From assembly GCA_003520745.1 (NCBI GenBank), contig DOUE01000022.1, positions 10,950-68,046 of the forward strand: a DNA stretch of 57,097 nt, given 5' to 3'. Positions 38,195 to 47,219 of this stretch are shown one piece after another (position 1 is the stretch's first letter; each line of letters begins with the position of its first letter). The stretch is from Erysipelotrichaceae bacterium. GTDB lineage: Bacteria > Bacillota_I > Bacilli_A > Erysipelotrichales > Erysipelotrichaceae. A program made the translations under genes and the position numbers. Below the pieces are notes generated by a model. The model was not told the DNA's origin. It did no database searches and was given only the letters and a program-made list of their open reading frames with translations.

Positions 38195-39139
38195 CTACCC
38201 TTTTCTTTCGAGAACGCGATGCACGGCATCGACGATGTTATGTGCTTTGAGCCCGAATTTCTCCATTAAGAAGTCTTTCTTGCCGACTTCGCCAAAATGA
38301 TCTTTGGTTCCGACGCGTTCCATGACGACCGGATATTCTTCAACCAGAACTTCGGCGACCGCACTGCCCAACCCGTTGATGATATTATGGTTTTCGGCGG
38401 TAACGATTGCCCGGGTCTTCTTTGCTTCAGCAATAATCGCTTCTCGATCGATCGGCTTTACTGTGTGAATATTGACGACGCTCGCGGATATGCCTTCTTC
38501 GGCTAGGATTTTGCGTGCTTCTAGTGCTTCTACCACCATGATCCCCGTCGCAAAGATACTGACATCGGTTCCTTCTTCGAGTTTGATCGCTTTACCTAAG
38601 GTGAATTGGGTTCCATCTGCGAAGACCGATGGAAATTCCTGGCGAAGAAGTCGGATATATACCGGACCGTAGTGTTCGATGATCTGATCAAACATACCGG
38701 CGAGCTGTACGCCATCGACCGGTTCAAAGATGGTCATGGTCGGAATGGTTCTCATGATCCCGACGTCTTCCAAAGACATGTGCGTACCACCATTTAAGGT
38801 AGCCATGATTCCCGGATCTGATCCCACCATTTTGACATTGAGCTGGGCATAGGCGACCGACAGCATGACTTGGTCGAAACAGCGGCGTGTAGCAAACGGT
38901 GTGAAGGTGTGCGTGAACGGCAGTTTCCCCATGTTGCTTAACCCGGCGGCGACGCCGATCATATTGGCTTCAGCGACACCGACATTGATGGTTCTTTCCG
39001 GGAATACTTCCGCGAAGCCGGTGGTTTTCGCAGCTTTCATCAAGTCAGCTTCAACGATGACCAGATTCGGATGCTTTTTCGCGGCTTCAATCAGTAAATC
39101 TACGTAGATATCTCTTAATTGACGATCATGTAATTTCAT
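38195..39139 (-). CDS. Transketolase, C-terminal (Pyr + C domain) subunit
   Basis: 314 aa. Motifs: FPERTINVGVAEANMIGVAAGL and IFEPVDG. It overlaps the N subunit gene by 4 nt. Confidence 0.9.
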   Translation of the reverse strand: MKLHDRQLRDIYVDLLIEAAKKHPNLVIVEADLMKAAKTTGFAEVFPERTINVGVAEANMIGVAAGLSNMGKLPFTHTFTPFATRRCFDQVMLSVAYAQLNVKMVGSDPGIMATLNGGTHMSLEDVGIMRTIPTMTIFEPVDGVQLAGMFDQIIEHYGPVYIRLLRQEFPSVFADGTQFTLGKAIKLEEGTDVSIFATGIMVVEALEARKILAEEGISASVVNIHTVKPIDREAIIAEAKKTRAIVTAENHNIINGLGSAVAEVLVEEYPVVMERVGTKDHFGEVGKKDFLMEKFGLKAHNIVDAVHRVLERKG

Positions 39140-39954
39140 TTTCTTTCCAACCTCGCAATCGCTTCGTTCGCTTGATCCATCGTTACAGGCATATTGTGTG
39201 AGCCGGCTTGTCCTTCACAGAAGTAAGCGCCTTTTCCTTTTATGGTGTTCAGTATGATCATCGAAGGTTTCCCTTTGACTTCTTTTGCATGATCGATCGC
39301 TTCCGAAATGGCTAGCACATCATGCCCGTCAATGACTTGTACGTGCCAGTTGAATGCTTCCCATTTCTTGTCGAGCGGGGCAACATCGTTGATATCGCAG
39401 ACGGCACCGTCGATTTGTAATTTGTTGTAGTCGGTAAAGGCGATCAACGTGTCCAGTCCGCGACTTCCAGCGAACATGGCGGACTCCCAAATCTGGCCTT
39501 CTTGGCTTTCGCCATCACCGATGATTGCGTAAACCGTTAATAGGGACCCATCCAACTGAGCCGCAGTGACCATGCCTACCGCAGCGGAGAATCCTTGACC
39601 TAAGGACCCGGTGGTCATATCGACGCCGATGGTTTTGTTTTTATCGGTATGACTAGGTAAGTTGGTGTTTGACTGATTCAGTGTCAATAGCAGCGACTTG
39701 TCAAAATACCCCTTGATGGCCAATGTTGCATATACGGCCGGTCCACCATGGCCTTTCGATAAAACAAATCGATCACGGCTCAATAAGCCCGGATTCTTGG
39801 GGTCGATGTTCATTTTTTCAAAATAGAGTACGGCCAAAACATCGGCGATCGACAGGCTTCCGCCGATATGACCGACACCCAACGTACCGATGCACCGCAA
39901 GGTTTCTTGGCGGATTTCTTTCGCCTTTTCTTCTAAATACGCTCTTTTTTCCAT
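39136..39954 (-). CDS. Transketolase, N-terminal (ThDP/PP domain) subunit
   Basis: 272 aa. Motifs: GHIGGSLSIADVLAVLYF, SKGHGGPAVYA and the IIGDGESQEGQIWE ThDP motif (GDG...E). Confidence 0.9.
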   Translation of the reverse strand: MEKRAYLEEKAKEIRQETLRCIGTLGVGHIGGSLSIADVLAVLYFEKMNIDPKNPGLLSRDRFVLSKGHGGPAVYATLAIKGYFDKSLLLTLNQSNTNLPSHTDKNKTIGVDMTTGSLGQGFSAAVGMVTAAQLDGSLLTVYAIIGDGESQEGQIWESAMFAGSRGLDTLIAFTDYNKLQIDGAVCDINDVAPLDKKWEAFNWHVQVIDGHDVLAISEAIDHAKEVKGKPSMIILNTIKGKGAYFCEGQAGSHNMPVTMDQANEAIARLERK

Positions 39955-39965
39955 CTTTCTTCTCC

Positions 39966-41306
39966 TTAGTATTTTACTACTTCACACGCGAATAATTGAG
40001 CCAATACTTCCAATTCTTCTTTGATATCCCCATAAATAACGACGAAGTGTGGTTCCCATCCATCTTGTACCATGTTCGTGATCAGCGGATTCACTTTGGG
40101 TTCCACTTCGACGACGACACTGGTTCCTAAGAATTGTTGGGGCTTGTCCAATACTTTTCCATCGAGGATCAAAAACCTGAATGTCCCATCCGGTTTACGA
40201 CCGATTCGGAAGATTGTGGCTTCTTTACATTCCTTAAGTCCAAACTCCATGGTCGGTCCGATTTTTCGATTGGGATGAACACCCACGGCTGCGCCGGTAT
40301 CTTTTCTAGCCAAACCGCAGGCAGCGGTTCCGCAATGCCAGAACGTAATGGTGTTTTCTTCTTCATCGATCGAGACGGGATCCCCAAGATAGGTTGGCGA
40401 TTTCGAGAGTTGTTGTCCGATATACATACTCAATGCGCCATAAGCGTCGGCTTCACAGGCCGCCGCAACGTTTTGATCGTTGAGCATGGCCAGCACACTG
40501 CATACCGGGGTTCCGTAATCCGTAAAGAAGTCCGGCCAGCATCGCGAAGCTATGGCTTTGATTTGATTTTTATCGATATAGTCTTGATATGCTTTGTACA
40601 GTTTGACAAAGTCGACGCGGTTTTTGGTTACGGTTTTATCCAATCCGACCATTCGCCGACCAATTTCATTTTCTTCGTTTTTTGCATCTTCGATCTTCAT
40701 TTCCTGGGCAATCTTGGTCAGTTCTCGTGATTCAATGGCGAGAAGATTGACACCGAAGGTCGAGGCCATTTCGAGATCCAAAGCACGGCCGAAGCCGAAT
40801 CCCTGCGGGGTGTGTCCAACCATCAGAAGATTCGCGTTTTTCATTTCGTGTTTCAACTTCGCGGCATGAATGATCTTTTTCAGTCTGTTTTGAATGCCAT
40901 CTTCGCTGGGTGAGCCATACATGTAGAAAATTCTGTCTTTTCTCATCGCTTTGTAGGCATACCCTGCCGAGAACGCTCCGGTTAATGAGTTAAGTCTGAG
41001 TCTTCCGCCATCAATGACAGGTTCACGTAACGTCCACAACAAGACTGGCGCAGAGATACGTTTCAATACTTCCGTCGCATATGCAGAGTTGGCAAAGGTT
41101 ACATTCTGTAAAATCACCAAGTCGGGATTCTTCCCATCGATATACTTAAGTAGCGTTTCGATAGACAATAGCATTTCACTGCTGACGGTAATCGTCTCGT
41201 CGATGCTCTTGAGCAAGCTGATTGAATCCTCATATGCTCTTTGGGCGGATTCTAAGTGAAATGTCGGAACACCAATCGGTACATATAGACATTCAAACGG
41301 TTTCAT
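39966..41306 (-). CDS. L-fucose/L-arabinose isomerase-family protein (COG2407-like), role in the SQ operon unassigned
   Basis: 446 aa. Motifs: ASRCWPDFF, AACEADAYGALS, FWHCGTA, GWEPHFVVIYGD. Confidence 0.75.
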   Translation of the reverse strand: MKPFECLYVPIGVPTFHLESAQRAYEDSISLLKSIDETITVSSEMLLSIETLLKYIDGKNPDLVILQNVTFANSAYATEVLKRISAPVLLWTLREPVIDGGRLRLNSLTGAFSAGYAYKAMRKDRIFYMYGSPSEDGIQNRLKKIIHAAKLKHEMKNANLLMVGHTPQGFGFGRALDLEMASTFGVNLLAIESRELTKIAQEMKIEDAKNEENEIGRRMVGLDKTVTKNRVDFVKLYKAYQDYIDKNQIKAIASRCWPDFFTDYGTPVCSVLAMLNDQNVAAACEADAYGALSMYIGQQLSKSPTYLGDPVSIDEEENTITFWHCGTAACGLARKDTGAAVGVHPNRKIGPTMEFGLKECKEATIFRIGRKPDGTFRFLILDGKVLDKPQQFLGTSVVVEVEPKVNPLITNMVQDGWEPHFVVIYGDIKEELEVLAQLFACEVVKY

Positions 41307-41329
41307 ATGTGTCCTGCTTTCTTAAGAAT

Positions 41330-41359
41330 CAGGGTGCTACACACTTGTATAGCACCCTG
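41330..41359 (-). other. Intra-operon stem-loop after the SBP gene (transcript stabiliser or partial terminator)
   Basis: CAGGGTGCTA-10 nt-TAGCACCCTG, a 10-bp stem, followed on the minus strand by ATTCTTAAG. Confidence 0.55.
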
Positions 41360-41366
41360 TGTTGTA

Positions 41367-42575
41367 TTATTTCTTGGCGTCTTTGAGTTTGGTTTCTAGT
41401 TCTTGTAACGCTTCCAACGGCGTTGCTTCTTTAGCGACAGCTTTGCGGATGGCTTCGTTGATCATCGGATACATTCCCGGAACCATGACTTGAGTTAACC
41501 AGTCTTGAACATAGGATGCATCGGTCGCGGCGATTTCATCAAGGAATATGGCATACTCATCTTTGAAATTGCCATAGTCGACTTCTGCGCCTAAACGCGG
41601 TGTCAAGTAAGGAACTCCACCGGTATATCTGTCGTGGTTTTCGCCTTTGGCTAACCAAGTAATGAATTTCTTGGCTTCTTTGGGAGCGTTGGAGTCCATA
41701 AACGCTGCGATGGACTTACCGCCGAGAATGGTCGCGCGGTTTGTTTCTTTCGGCATCGGGACGACCGTCCAGTCAAATGTCAAGTCTTGATAACTGCTGA
41801 CATTCCAGTTGCCTGACATATGGAAGCCGTATGCGCCCGTTCTAAACAAAGAGGCGGCGGTTGTACCGGCATAAACGGCATCGTCAATTAATCCACTTTC
41901 ATAGAAACCGACGAGTTTAGTCAATGCGTCGACAGCTGCGGTTCCAGTCAAATTACTTTCAGTGTACGGTGTTTTCCAGATTTTTGTTCCGTGTTGATAA
42001 ACCATCGGGAAAAAGCGGTGTGCTTGAGGATCGAAGACGCCCGGGAAGTTAACATCGGTACCGACACCGGCACGAAGCTTATTTACTTCGGTCTCGAATT
42101 CGTCCCATGTCCAGACGGCTTCGCCCGGTTTCGGATAGTTTACCCCGTATTTTTCCATCAAATCAACATTGATGAATAATCCGTTGGCCGTAATGTCCAT
42201 GGGTAGTGCAATAACTTCTTCATCATCATTATAGAATAAGTTGGTGAATCCCGCGCTGTCAAAGACACCTTTTAAACTCTGGATTTTTCCTTTGAAGTTA
42301 TTCAAATGTCCTTCGGTGACGCGTGCGAGTGCAGGAGCTTCTCCTCCACTGATCATGGTTGCCAAACGTGCTTCATAATCAGCGTAAGGAATTACGACTA
42401 ATTCGATTTTTACGCCTGTTTTCGTTTCGTATTCTGTAAGCAATGTTTGCATGACCGCACCTTCGGTGCCGTCGCTCCACCACAGCATTTGCAGTTCTTT
42501 AGGTTCTTGCTTAGCGCAAGCACTAAAGCCGGAGATAACGAATAAGACTAAAAGCAGACTAAGTATTCTTTTCAT
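41367..42575 (-). CDS. ABC sugar-binding lipoprotein (CUT1); candidate SQ / sulfoquinovosyl-glycerol binding protein
   Basis: 402 aa with lipobox MKRILSLLLVLFVISGFSAC and an SBP family 1 pattern. Confidence 0.8.
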   Translation of the reverse strand: MKRILSLLLVLFVISGFSACAKQEPKELQMLWWSDGTEGAVMQTLLTEYETKTGVKIELVVIPYADYEARLATMISGGEAPALARVTEGHLNNFKGKIQSLKGVFDSAGFTNLFYNDDEEVIALPMDITANGLFINVDLMEKYGVNYPKPGEAVWTWDEFETEVNKLRAGVGTDVNFPGVFDPQAHRFFPMVYQHGTKIWKTPYTESNLTGTAAVDALTKLVGFYESGLIDDAVYAGTTAASLFRTGAYGFHMSGNWNVSSYQDLTFDWTVVPMPKETNRATILGGKSIAAFMDSNAPKEAKKFITWLAKGENHDRYTGGVPYLTPRLGAEVDYGNFKDEYAIFLDEIAATDASYVQDWLTQVMVPGMYPMINEAIRKAVAKEATPLEALQELETKLKDAKK

Positions 42576-42621
42576 AAAATCCTCCCTTTCTTTATATTAA
42601 TGTTAATTAATACCCGTGTTG

Positions 42622-43437
42622 TTAACCCTTCATCCCGCTATCAACCGTTCCTTGAACGAATTGACGTTGGAAGATCAAGAAGACGATAAGCATCGGAATC
42701 ATGGCTAATGCGCTCATCGCGATGACGGAATTGTAGTCGATCCCGAATTCACCCGAGAAATTGGCGATCGCCAATTGAAGGGTGTATTTTTTCGGCGAGT
42801 TGATCGCGATCAGTGGCCAGACGTAGTCGTTCCAGCGCCACATAAACGAGAAGATGGCGAGGGTGGCGATGGCTGGTTTGGCGTTGGGTAAGATGATGTT
42901 CCAGAAGATCCGCCATTCCGATGCACCGTCGATGCGGGCCGCTTGAATGACTTCATCCGGGATGGTCAACAAGTATTGTCTCATTAAGAATATGCCGGTC
43001 GGTGTTGCGGCCGGGGGGATGATCAAGGCCAATAAAGAGTTGTACAGTCCGAAGAACCGTAAAACCGAGAAGATGGGGACCATGATGACTTCCAGCGGCA
43101 ACATGATGGTTGACAGTATCAACAACATGATGACATTCTCGCCTTTGAAGCGGAATTTGGATAGTGCGTAGCCGGCCATGGTGTTAATGATGACCGCGAT
43201 GATCGTGCTGGATATCGCCACTAGGAAGGTATTGAAGATATACAATGAGAAGTTGCCTTTGCTTAGTGCGATGGTGAAGTTTTCCAGGGTCCAATCTTTG
43301 GGAATAAACGTCGGATTGGCGGAGAACAGCTCGGATGATGGTTTAAAGGCGGAGAAGATGATGTAGATGACCGGAAGTATGAAGATTAAAAGAACCACGA
43401 TCGAGAGGACATAGGTTAAGAGGCTAGCCTTTTTCAT
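42622..43437 (-). CDS. CUT1 ABC sugar permease (MalG-like)
   Basis: 271 aa with EAA loop QAARIDGASEWRIFWNIILP. Confidence 0.85.
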   Translation of the reverse strand: MKKASLLTYVLSIVVLLIFILPVIYIIFSAFKPSSELFSANPTFIPKDWTLENFTIALSKGNFSLYIFNTFLVAISSTIIAVIINTMAGYALSKFRFKGENVIMLLILSTIMLPLEVIMVPIFSVLRFFGLYNSLLALIIPPAATPTGIFLMRQYLLTIPDEVIQAARIDGASEWRIFWNIILPNAKPAIATLAIFSFMWRWNDYVWPLIAINSPKKYTLQLAIANFSGEFGIDYNSVIAMSALAMIPMLIVFLIFQRQFVQGTVDSGMKG

Positions 43438-44336
43438 ACATTCTCCCCTCTTTTCGATAGAAAGAAGTTTGCTGCAGTGAAGATGGTGACGATCAATAAC
43501 ATGACCATGGACATCGCACTGGCAGATCCGACTTGATATTCTTTAAACGCTACTTCATAAACGTATTGAACGGTGAAATACGTGGCACGATGCGGCCCGC
43601 CGCCGGTCAAGGTTACGACCAGCGGATAGACTTTGAAGATTTCCATGGTCGTCAAGATAAATACCATCAGACGTGCCGGTCGAATGGCTGGATAGGTGAT
43701 GTACATGAATTTTTGTAGCTTGCTGGCTCCGTCCATATCGGCGGCTTCGTAGAGGGGTACCGGAATGCTAAGCAGGGCGGCCATAAAGATAATCATGTAG
43801 TAGCCCGCTCTTGACCATACGAGTGCGAAGACGACGGACCACCAGGCAAACGTCGGGTCCGTGAGTGTCTTTAGCGTCTGAATGCCAAGAGACCTTGCGA
43901 TGGCGTTGAAGATACTGAAATTTCCAGCCAATATCCAGTTCCACATAATACCGATGACGATGGCGGATATCATGACCGGCCAGTAATAGACGGCGCGAAA
44001 CAGTCCTTTGGCTTTGAGCGGCTGCACGATGAGTACGGCCATTGTCAAGGATGCCACGTACATGATCGGAACCACGACGATGACAAGCTTGATTGTATTC
44101 ACGAAGGCTTTGACAAAGTATTCGTTGTCGATCAGTTTGACGTAATTTTCCAATCCGATGAAATCGAAGCCGTCGAAGGTGAACAGGGTAACGTCGGTGA
44201 ATGAGTAATACAGTCCGATGAGCGCCGGCACAATGATGAAAATCGAAAATATGAGCAAATTGGGCGCGAGGAACATATAGGGAACAATTTTTTGTTTGAA
44301 TTCCACTCCACGCACTTTTTTCTTCACTTTTGTCAT
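43434..44336 (-). CDS. CUT1 ABC sugar permease (MalF-like)
   Basis: 300 aa with EAA loop YEAADMDGASKLQKFMYITYP. Confidence 0.85.
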   Translation of the reverse strand: MTKVKKKVRGVEFKQKIVPYMFLAPNLLIFSIFIIVPALIGLYYSFTDVTLFTFDGFDFIGLENYVKLIDNEYFVKAFVNTIKLVIVVVPIMYVASLTMAVLIVQPLKAKGLFRAVYYWPVMISAIVIGIMWNWILAGNFSIFNAIARSLGIQTLKTLTDPTFAWWSVVFALVWSRAGYYMIIFMAALLSIPVPLYEAADMDGASKLQKFMYITYPAIRPARLMVFILTTMEIFKVYPLVVTLTGGGPHRATYFTVQYVYEVAFKEYQVGSASAMSMVMLLIVTIFTAANFFLSKRGENV

Positions 44337-44339
44337 CGA

Positions 44340-46358
44340 TTATCCCCCTTTCCCATATTTCTTGTAAATATCTTCGAACAACGTTCGATAGGTCGATTGT
44401 TTCCGGTAGAATACCGGCGGATATCCGATGGGTGCATCCACCGTGATTTCTCCACCATCGAATTCTGCTCCTGTCCATAAGTGAATCCAGGTATCGGAGG
44501 GTAGATAACATGTCTGGGAAAGTTGAGACTCTTTGACGATCGGTTTTACATACAAATCCTGTCCGAAAAGGTATTCGTACTGTAGATCAAACACTTTCTC
44601 GTCTTCCGGATAATGTAAGAACAATGGTCGCTGCAACGGATAGCCAAATTTCGTCGCCTCTTCAACCAATCTCAAGAAATACGGTTTCAAGTCGACTTTG
44701 ATATTCGAGCATCGAGCCATGTGTTTCATGGTATCCACATCGTTGTAAAATTGGAAGTTCTGACTCGGACGGTTTCCTTCGTGGCTTCTCATGTAAGAGG
44801 AGAATATGTTCATTTCACACCAGCGGTCAAACAACTCCTTGGTTCGGATGTTTCCGTGTAAGCTGGTATATCCGCCGATATCGCTGTGTGTATAGGGGTT
44901 TCCGATGATGCCGGTGGAAAGTGCGGATGGAATGACGGAGGCGATTCCGTCATGGGTTTCCCAATTGACGCTTTGATCTCCTGCCCACATCGATGTGCAG
45001 TACTTTTGTGAGCCAAAGCCACCAGCTCGCATAAAGTAGAAGACTTTCCCCAAATTCCCAGATTCCTTAACGGCTTCGTAATTACACTTCGCCCATAATA
45101 CCGGCCAGGCGTTGTGCATGATTTTCGCACTTACACCGTTATGCAGGACACAGTCGATGGGCAAATATTCCCCGAAGTCCGCCATCCAGCCTTTGATGCC
45201 CAAGGACAGAATGTTCTTTTTAATCACATTCTTATACCACTCGAATCCCAGAGGGTTTGTCAGATCGACAATACCGCAATAGAATTCGCCGAAATCTTCG
45301 AGATATGGATTCCCCTCAACATCAAGGGCAAGATATCCAAACGATTTCGCCTCGTTGAACAGCGTTTCGTTTTCCAATAAGAACGGGCAGATATAGGTCA
45401 GAAAGGCGATGTTTTCCTTATTCAGTTCAGCGATCTCATCCTTTAAATTGGGGTAGAGTTTCTCATTGAGCACCCAGTTCCAGTACAATCGCTTTCCAAA
45501 CGTGGTAAAGCGGTGCCCGACCCAGTCTTGAACCCAAAGGCCGTTGACTTTAATCCCATTTTCAAGCGCAAGGTCTTTGTATTTGCGTACGGTTTCCATG
45601 CCACCTTGGACACCTAGGATGATCCCATCGTGCAAGAAGTCAGGTAGCATCGGCGGTCTTCCTGTAAATTCGGTCAGGTCGGTCAAGAGTTCAAGGTAAC
45701 TATCACTGAAATTCAATGTCAGTTCACAGGGAACTTCCCAAAACATTAATTCATGAAAATCCGGTGATCGGAAATCAAACTCGGCATAGGCCGTCGATTC
45801 CACATGCAACCAGTATTTCCGGGTGGATACGAAGGTTGGTTCCGGATAATAGGTCGTGTAGTAGTCCCCACCAGCCTTATCCACTTTATCCGCATAGAAT
45901 GTTGTCAATGAAGATTTATCGCGTCCAACGCCGGGCTCGGAGGTCCAGAGCGGATATTTCCTGTTTCTTAAGTTGAAGTAGGAGGCTTGTTCTCCACACC
46001 CGTATACTTTTTCACCGGCATCTGCTTTCATTCGGATCCAGAAGCGATTGACATCGGTTTTGTTGCATGAGAATTTCATGGTCAACCGTTGACTCACAAT
46101 GAGGAATTCAACGGTAAGAGACTCGCCGTGACTTGAGAAAACACAACTGTTTTCGACGACCTGTGCTTCTGTCAGTGGAATCCGACTCTCTAGTCGGTCT
46201 TCGATTTGATAGTTGCCACGATAACTTTCAATCGTTTCATTTCCCCGCCCAACAAAAACGAACGGATGATCACTTGAATGTTCAAGGATGCACTCATCTT
46301 TGAACATCACTCTCAACCGATCTTTATTTTTCTCAAGTGTTAACATATCTTCCTCCAT
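44340..46358 (-). CDS. yihQ: GH31 sulfoquinovosidase (YihQ family)
   Basis: 672 aa. Long collinear similarity to E. coli YihQ as I remember it: QDWVGHRFTTFGKRLYWNW (KRxxW Arg/Trp sulfonate pocket), GWMADFGEYLP (nucleophile Asp), HNGVSAKIMHNAWPVLWAKCNYEA, MWAGDQSVNW (acid/base Asp), HSDIGGYT (sulfonate Tyr) and SHEGNRP. Confidence 0.85.
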   Translation of the reverse strand: MEEDMLTLEKNKDRLRVMFKDECILEHSSDHPFVFVGRGNETIESYRGNYQIEDRLESRIPLTEAQVVENSCVFSSHGESLTVEFLIVSQRLTMKFSCNKTDVNRFWIRMKADAGEKVYGCGEQASYFNLRNRKYPLWTSEPGVGRDKSSLTTFYADKVDKAGGDYYTTYYPEPTFVSTRKYWLHVESTAYAEFDFRSPDFHELMFWEVPCELTLNFSDSYLELLTDLTEFTGRPPMLPDFLHDGIILGVQGGMETVRKYKDLALENGIKVNGLWVQDWVGHRFTTFGKRLYWNWVLNEKLYPNLKDEIAELNKENIAFLTYICPFLLENETLFNEAKSFGYLALDVEGNPYLEDFGEFYCGIVDLTNPLGFEWYKNVIKKNILSLGIKGWMADFGEYLPIDCVLHNGVSAKIMHNAWPVLWAKCNYEAVKESGNLGKVFYFMRAGGFGSQKYCTSMWAGDQSVNWETHDGIASVIPSALSTGIIGNPYTHSDIGGYTSLHGNIRTKELFDRWCEMNIFSSYMRSHEGNRPSQNFQFYNDVDTMKHMARCSNIKVDLKPYFLRLVEEATKFGYPLQRPLFLHYPEDEKVFDLQYEYLFGQDLYVKPIVKESQLSQTCYLPSDTWIHLWTGAEFDGGEITVDAPIGYPPVFYRKQSTYRTLFEDIYKKYGKGG

Positions 46359-47035
46359 TAATAGTAGATCTCAATGTTTTCCCCATGGATCGCGCTGATT
46401 GCATTGAGTTCAACCATTCGAGTGTTTTCCGGGTGATTTAGCAGCCATTTGTTTGTCTTGAATAGAAACTTGCCATATTTCCCTTGATTGCCTTTGGCAC
46501 TGACAAATTCCATGTTGGTACCATAAGGTAGAATGACCGCGCATTTGAAGCCTGAATCGGTTACTTTACAAGGAGAGAAGTGCAACGTCGTTGAATACAC
46601 TTCGATCGCCGTATTCTGGGGGATATAGAATGCGGTCACTTTGGAGGAGTGAAACGTCGAATCGTCAATATCCTCTATATGCGCAAGCAGTAATACAAGC
46701 GGGGTGACGCACACATTGATTTCGGAACTCTTGTGGAATTCAAGGGCATTGAGTTTGGAGTTGTTCCCGTTGACGTAGCCATATTCTAACGGCACCCTCC
46801 CGAAGGTGTTGTGTATGACGGAGAGATCGGAAACGAGATCCCCCAATTCAGCCCGATGCGGTACATATTCATTGCCCACACTAGGCACAGTTGTGTGTAA
46901 CTCTAAATATCTGATCAAATCACCAAATTCGCTGACGTCCAACACTTCCCCAAATCGACTAAACTCAGGATCGTGTACGGAATGGATTTGGATGTGGGGG
47001 TTCTTGACCCGAAGATTCTCTAGCATTTCATTCAT
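46358..47035 (-). CDS. DUF4867-like cupin protein; candidate sulfoquinovose isomerase (SqvD/SftI type)
   Basis: 225 aa, first gene of the operon. Its stop overlaps the GH31 start (TAATG). The family assignment comes from size, predicted beta-rich composition and context, not from a search. Confidence 0.55.
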   Translation of the reverse strand: MNEMLENLRVKNPHIQIHSVHDPEFSRFGEVLDVSEFGDLIRYLELHTTVPSVGNEYVPHRAELGDLVSDLSVIHNTFGRVPLEYGYVNGNNSKLNALEFHKSSEINVCVTPLVLLLAHIEDIDDSTFHSSKVTAFYIPQNTAIEVYSTTLHFSPCKVTDSGFKCAVILPYGTNMEFVSAKGNQGKYGKFLFKTNKWLLNHPENTRMVELNAISAIHGENIEIYY

Positions 47036-47036
47036 T

Positions 47037-47050
47037 TGTTAGCGCTTACA
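47037..47050 (-). promoter_or_regulatory. cre box 1, between the RBS and ATG of the first SQ operon gene
   Basis: Minus strand TGTAAGCGCTAACA is a perfect match to TGWAANCGNTNWCA and ends 1 nt before the ATG. Confidence 0.7.
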
Positions 47051-47106
47051 TCCTTTCAAAAAAATTTTGGGTTCTTGACCCGAAGACTCTTGTCTATTCA
47101 CTCATC

Positions 47107-47120
47107 TGTTAGCGCTTACA
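47107..47120 (-). promoter_or_regulatory. cre box 2 (duplicated copy) in the SQ operon leader
   Basis: Identical TGTAAGCGCTAACA, 70 nt upstream of box 1. Confidence 0.7.
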
Positions 47121-47219
47121 TTCTTTCCAAAATTTTTTTCGGTCGATTGATTAACAATGATACCGATAAGTTGATGCATGAAGTTGTGAATTTCCTATTA
47201 AACTATTTGTATTAAACTC

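Larger units (their letters stand above)
46998..47139 (-). repeat. Imperfect 71-bp tandem duplication (2 units) of the operon translation-initiation region
   Basis: Unit 1 (46998-47068) and unit 2 (47069-47139) both begin GGGTTCTTGACCCGAAGA and contain TGTTAGCGCTTACAT. They are ~80% identical with one indel pair. Unit 1 carries the real ATG and the first 38 nt of the CDS. Confidence 0.85.

Noticed and set aside
44340-46358. Reading the GH31 protein as an ordinary alpha-glucosidase or alpha-xylosidase belonging to the surrounding starch locus
   Set aside because: It has the KRxxW and GGY sulfonate-pocket signature and long YihQ-like blocks. It is co-transcribed with a transketolase, isomerases and an ALDH rather than with GH13 genes.
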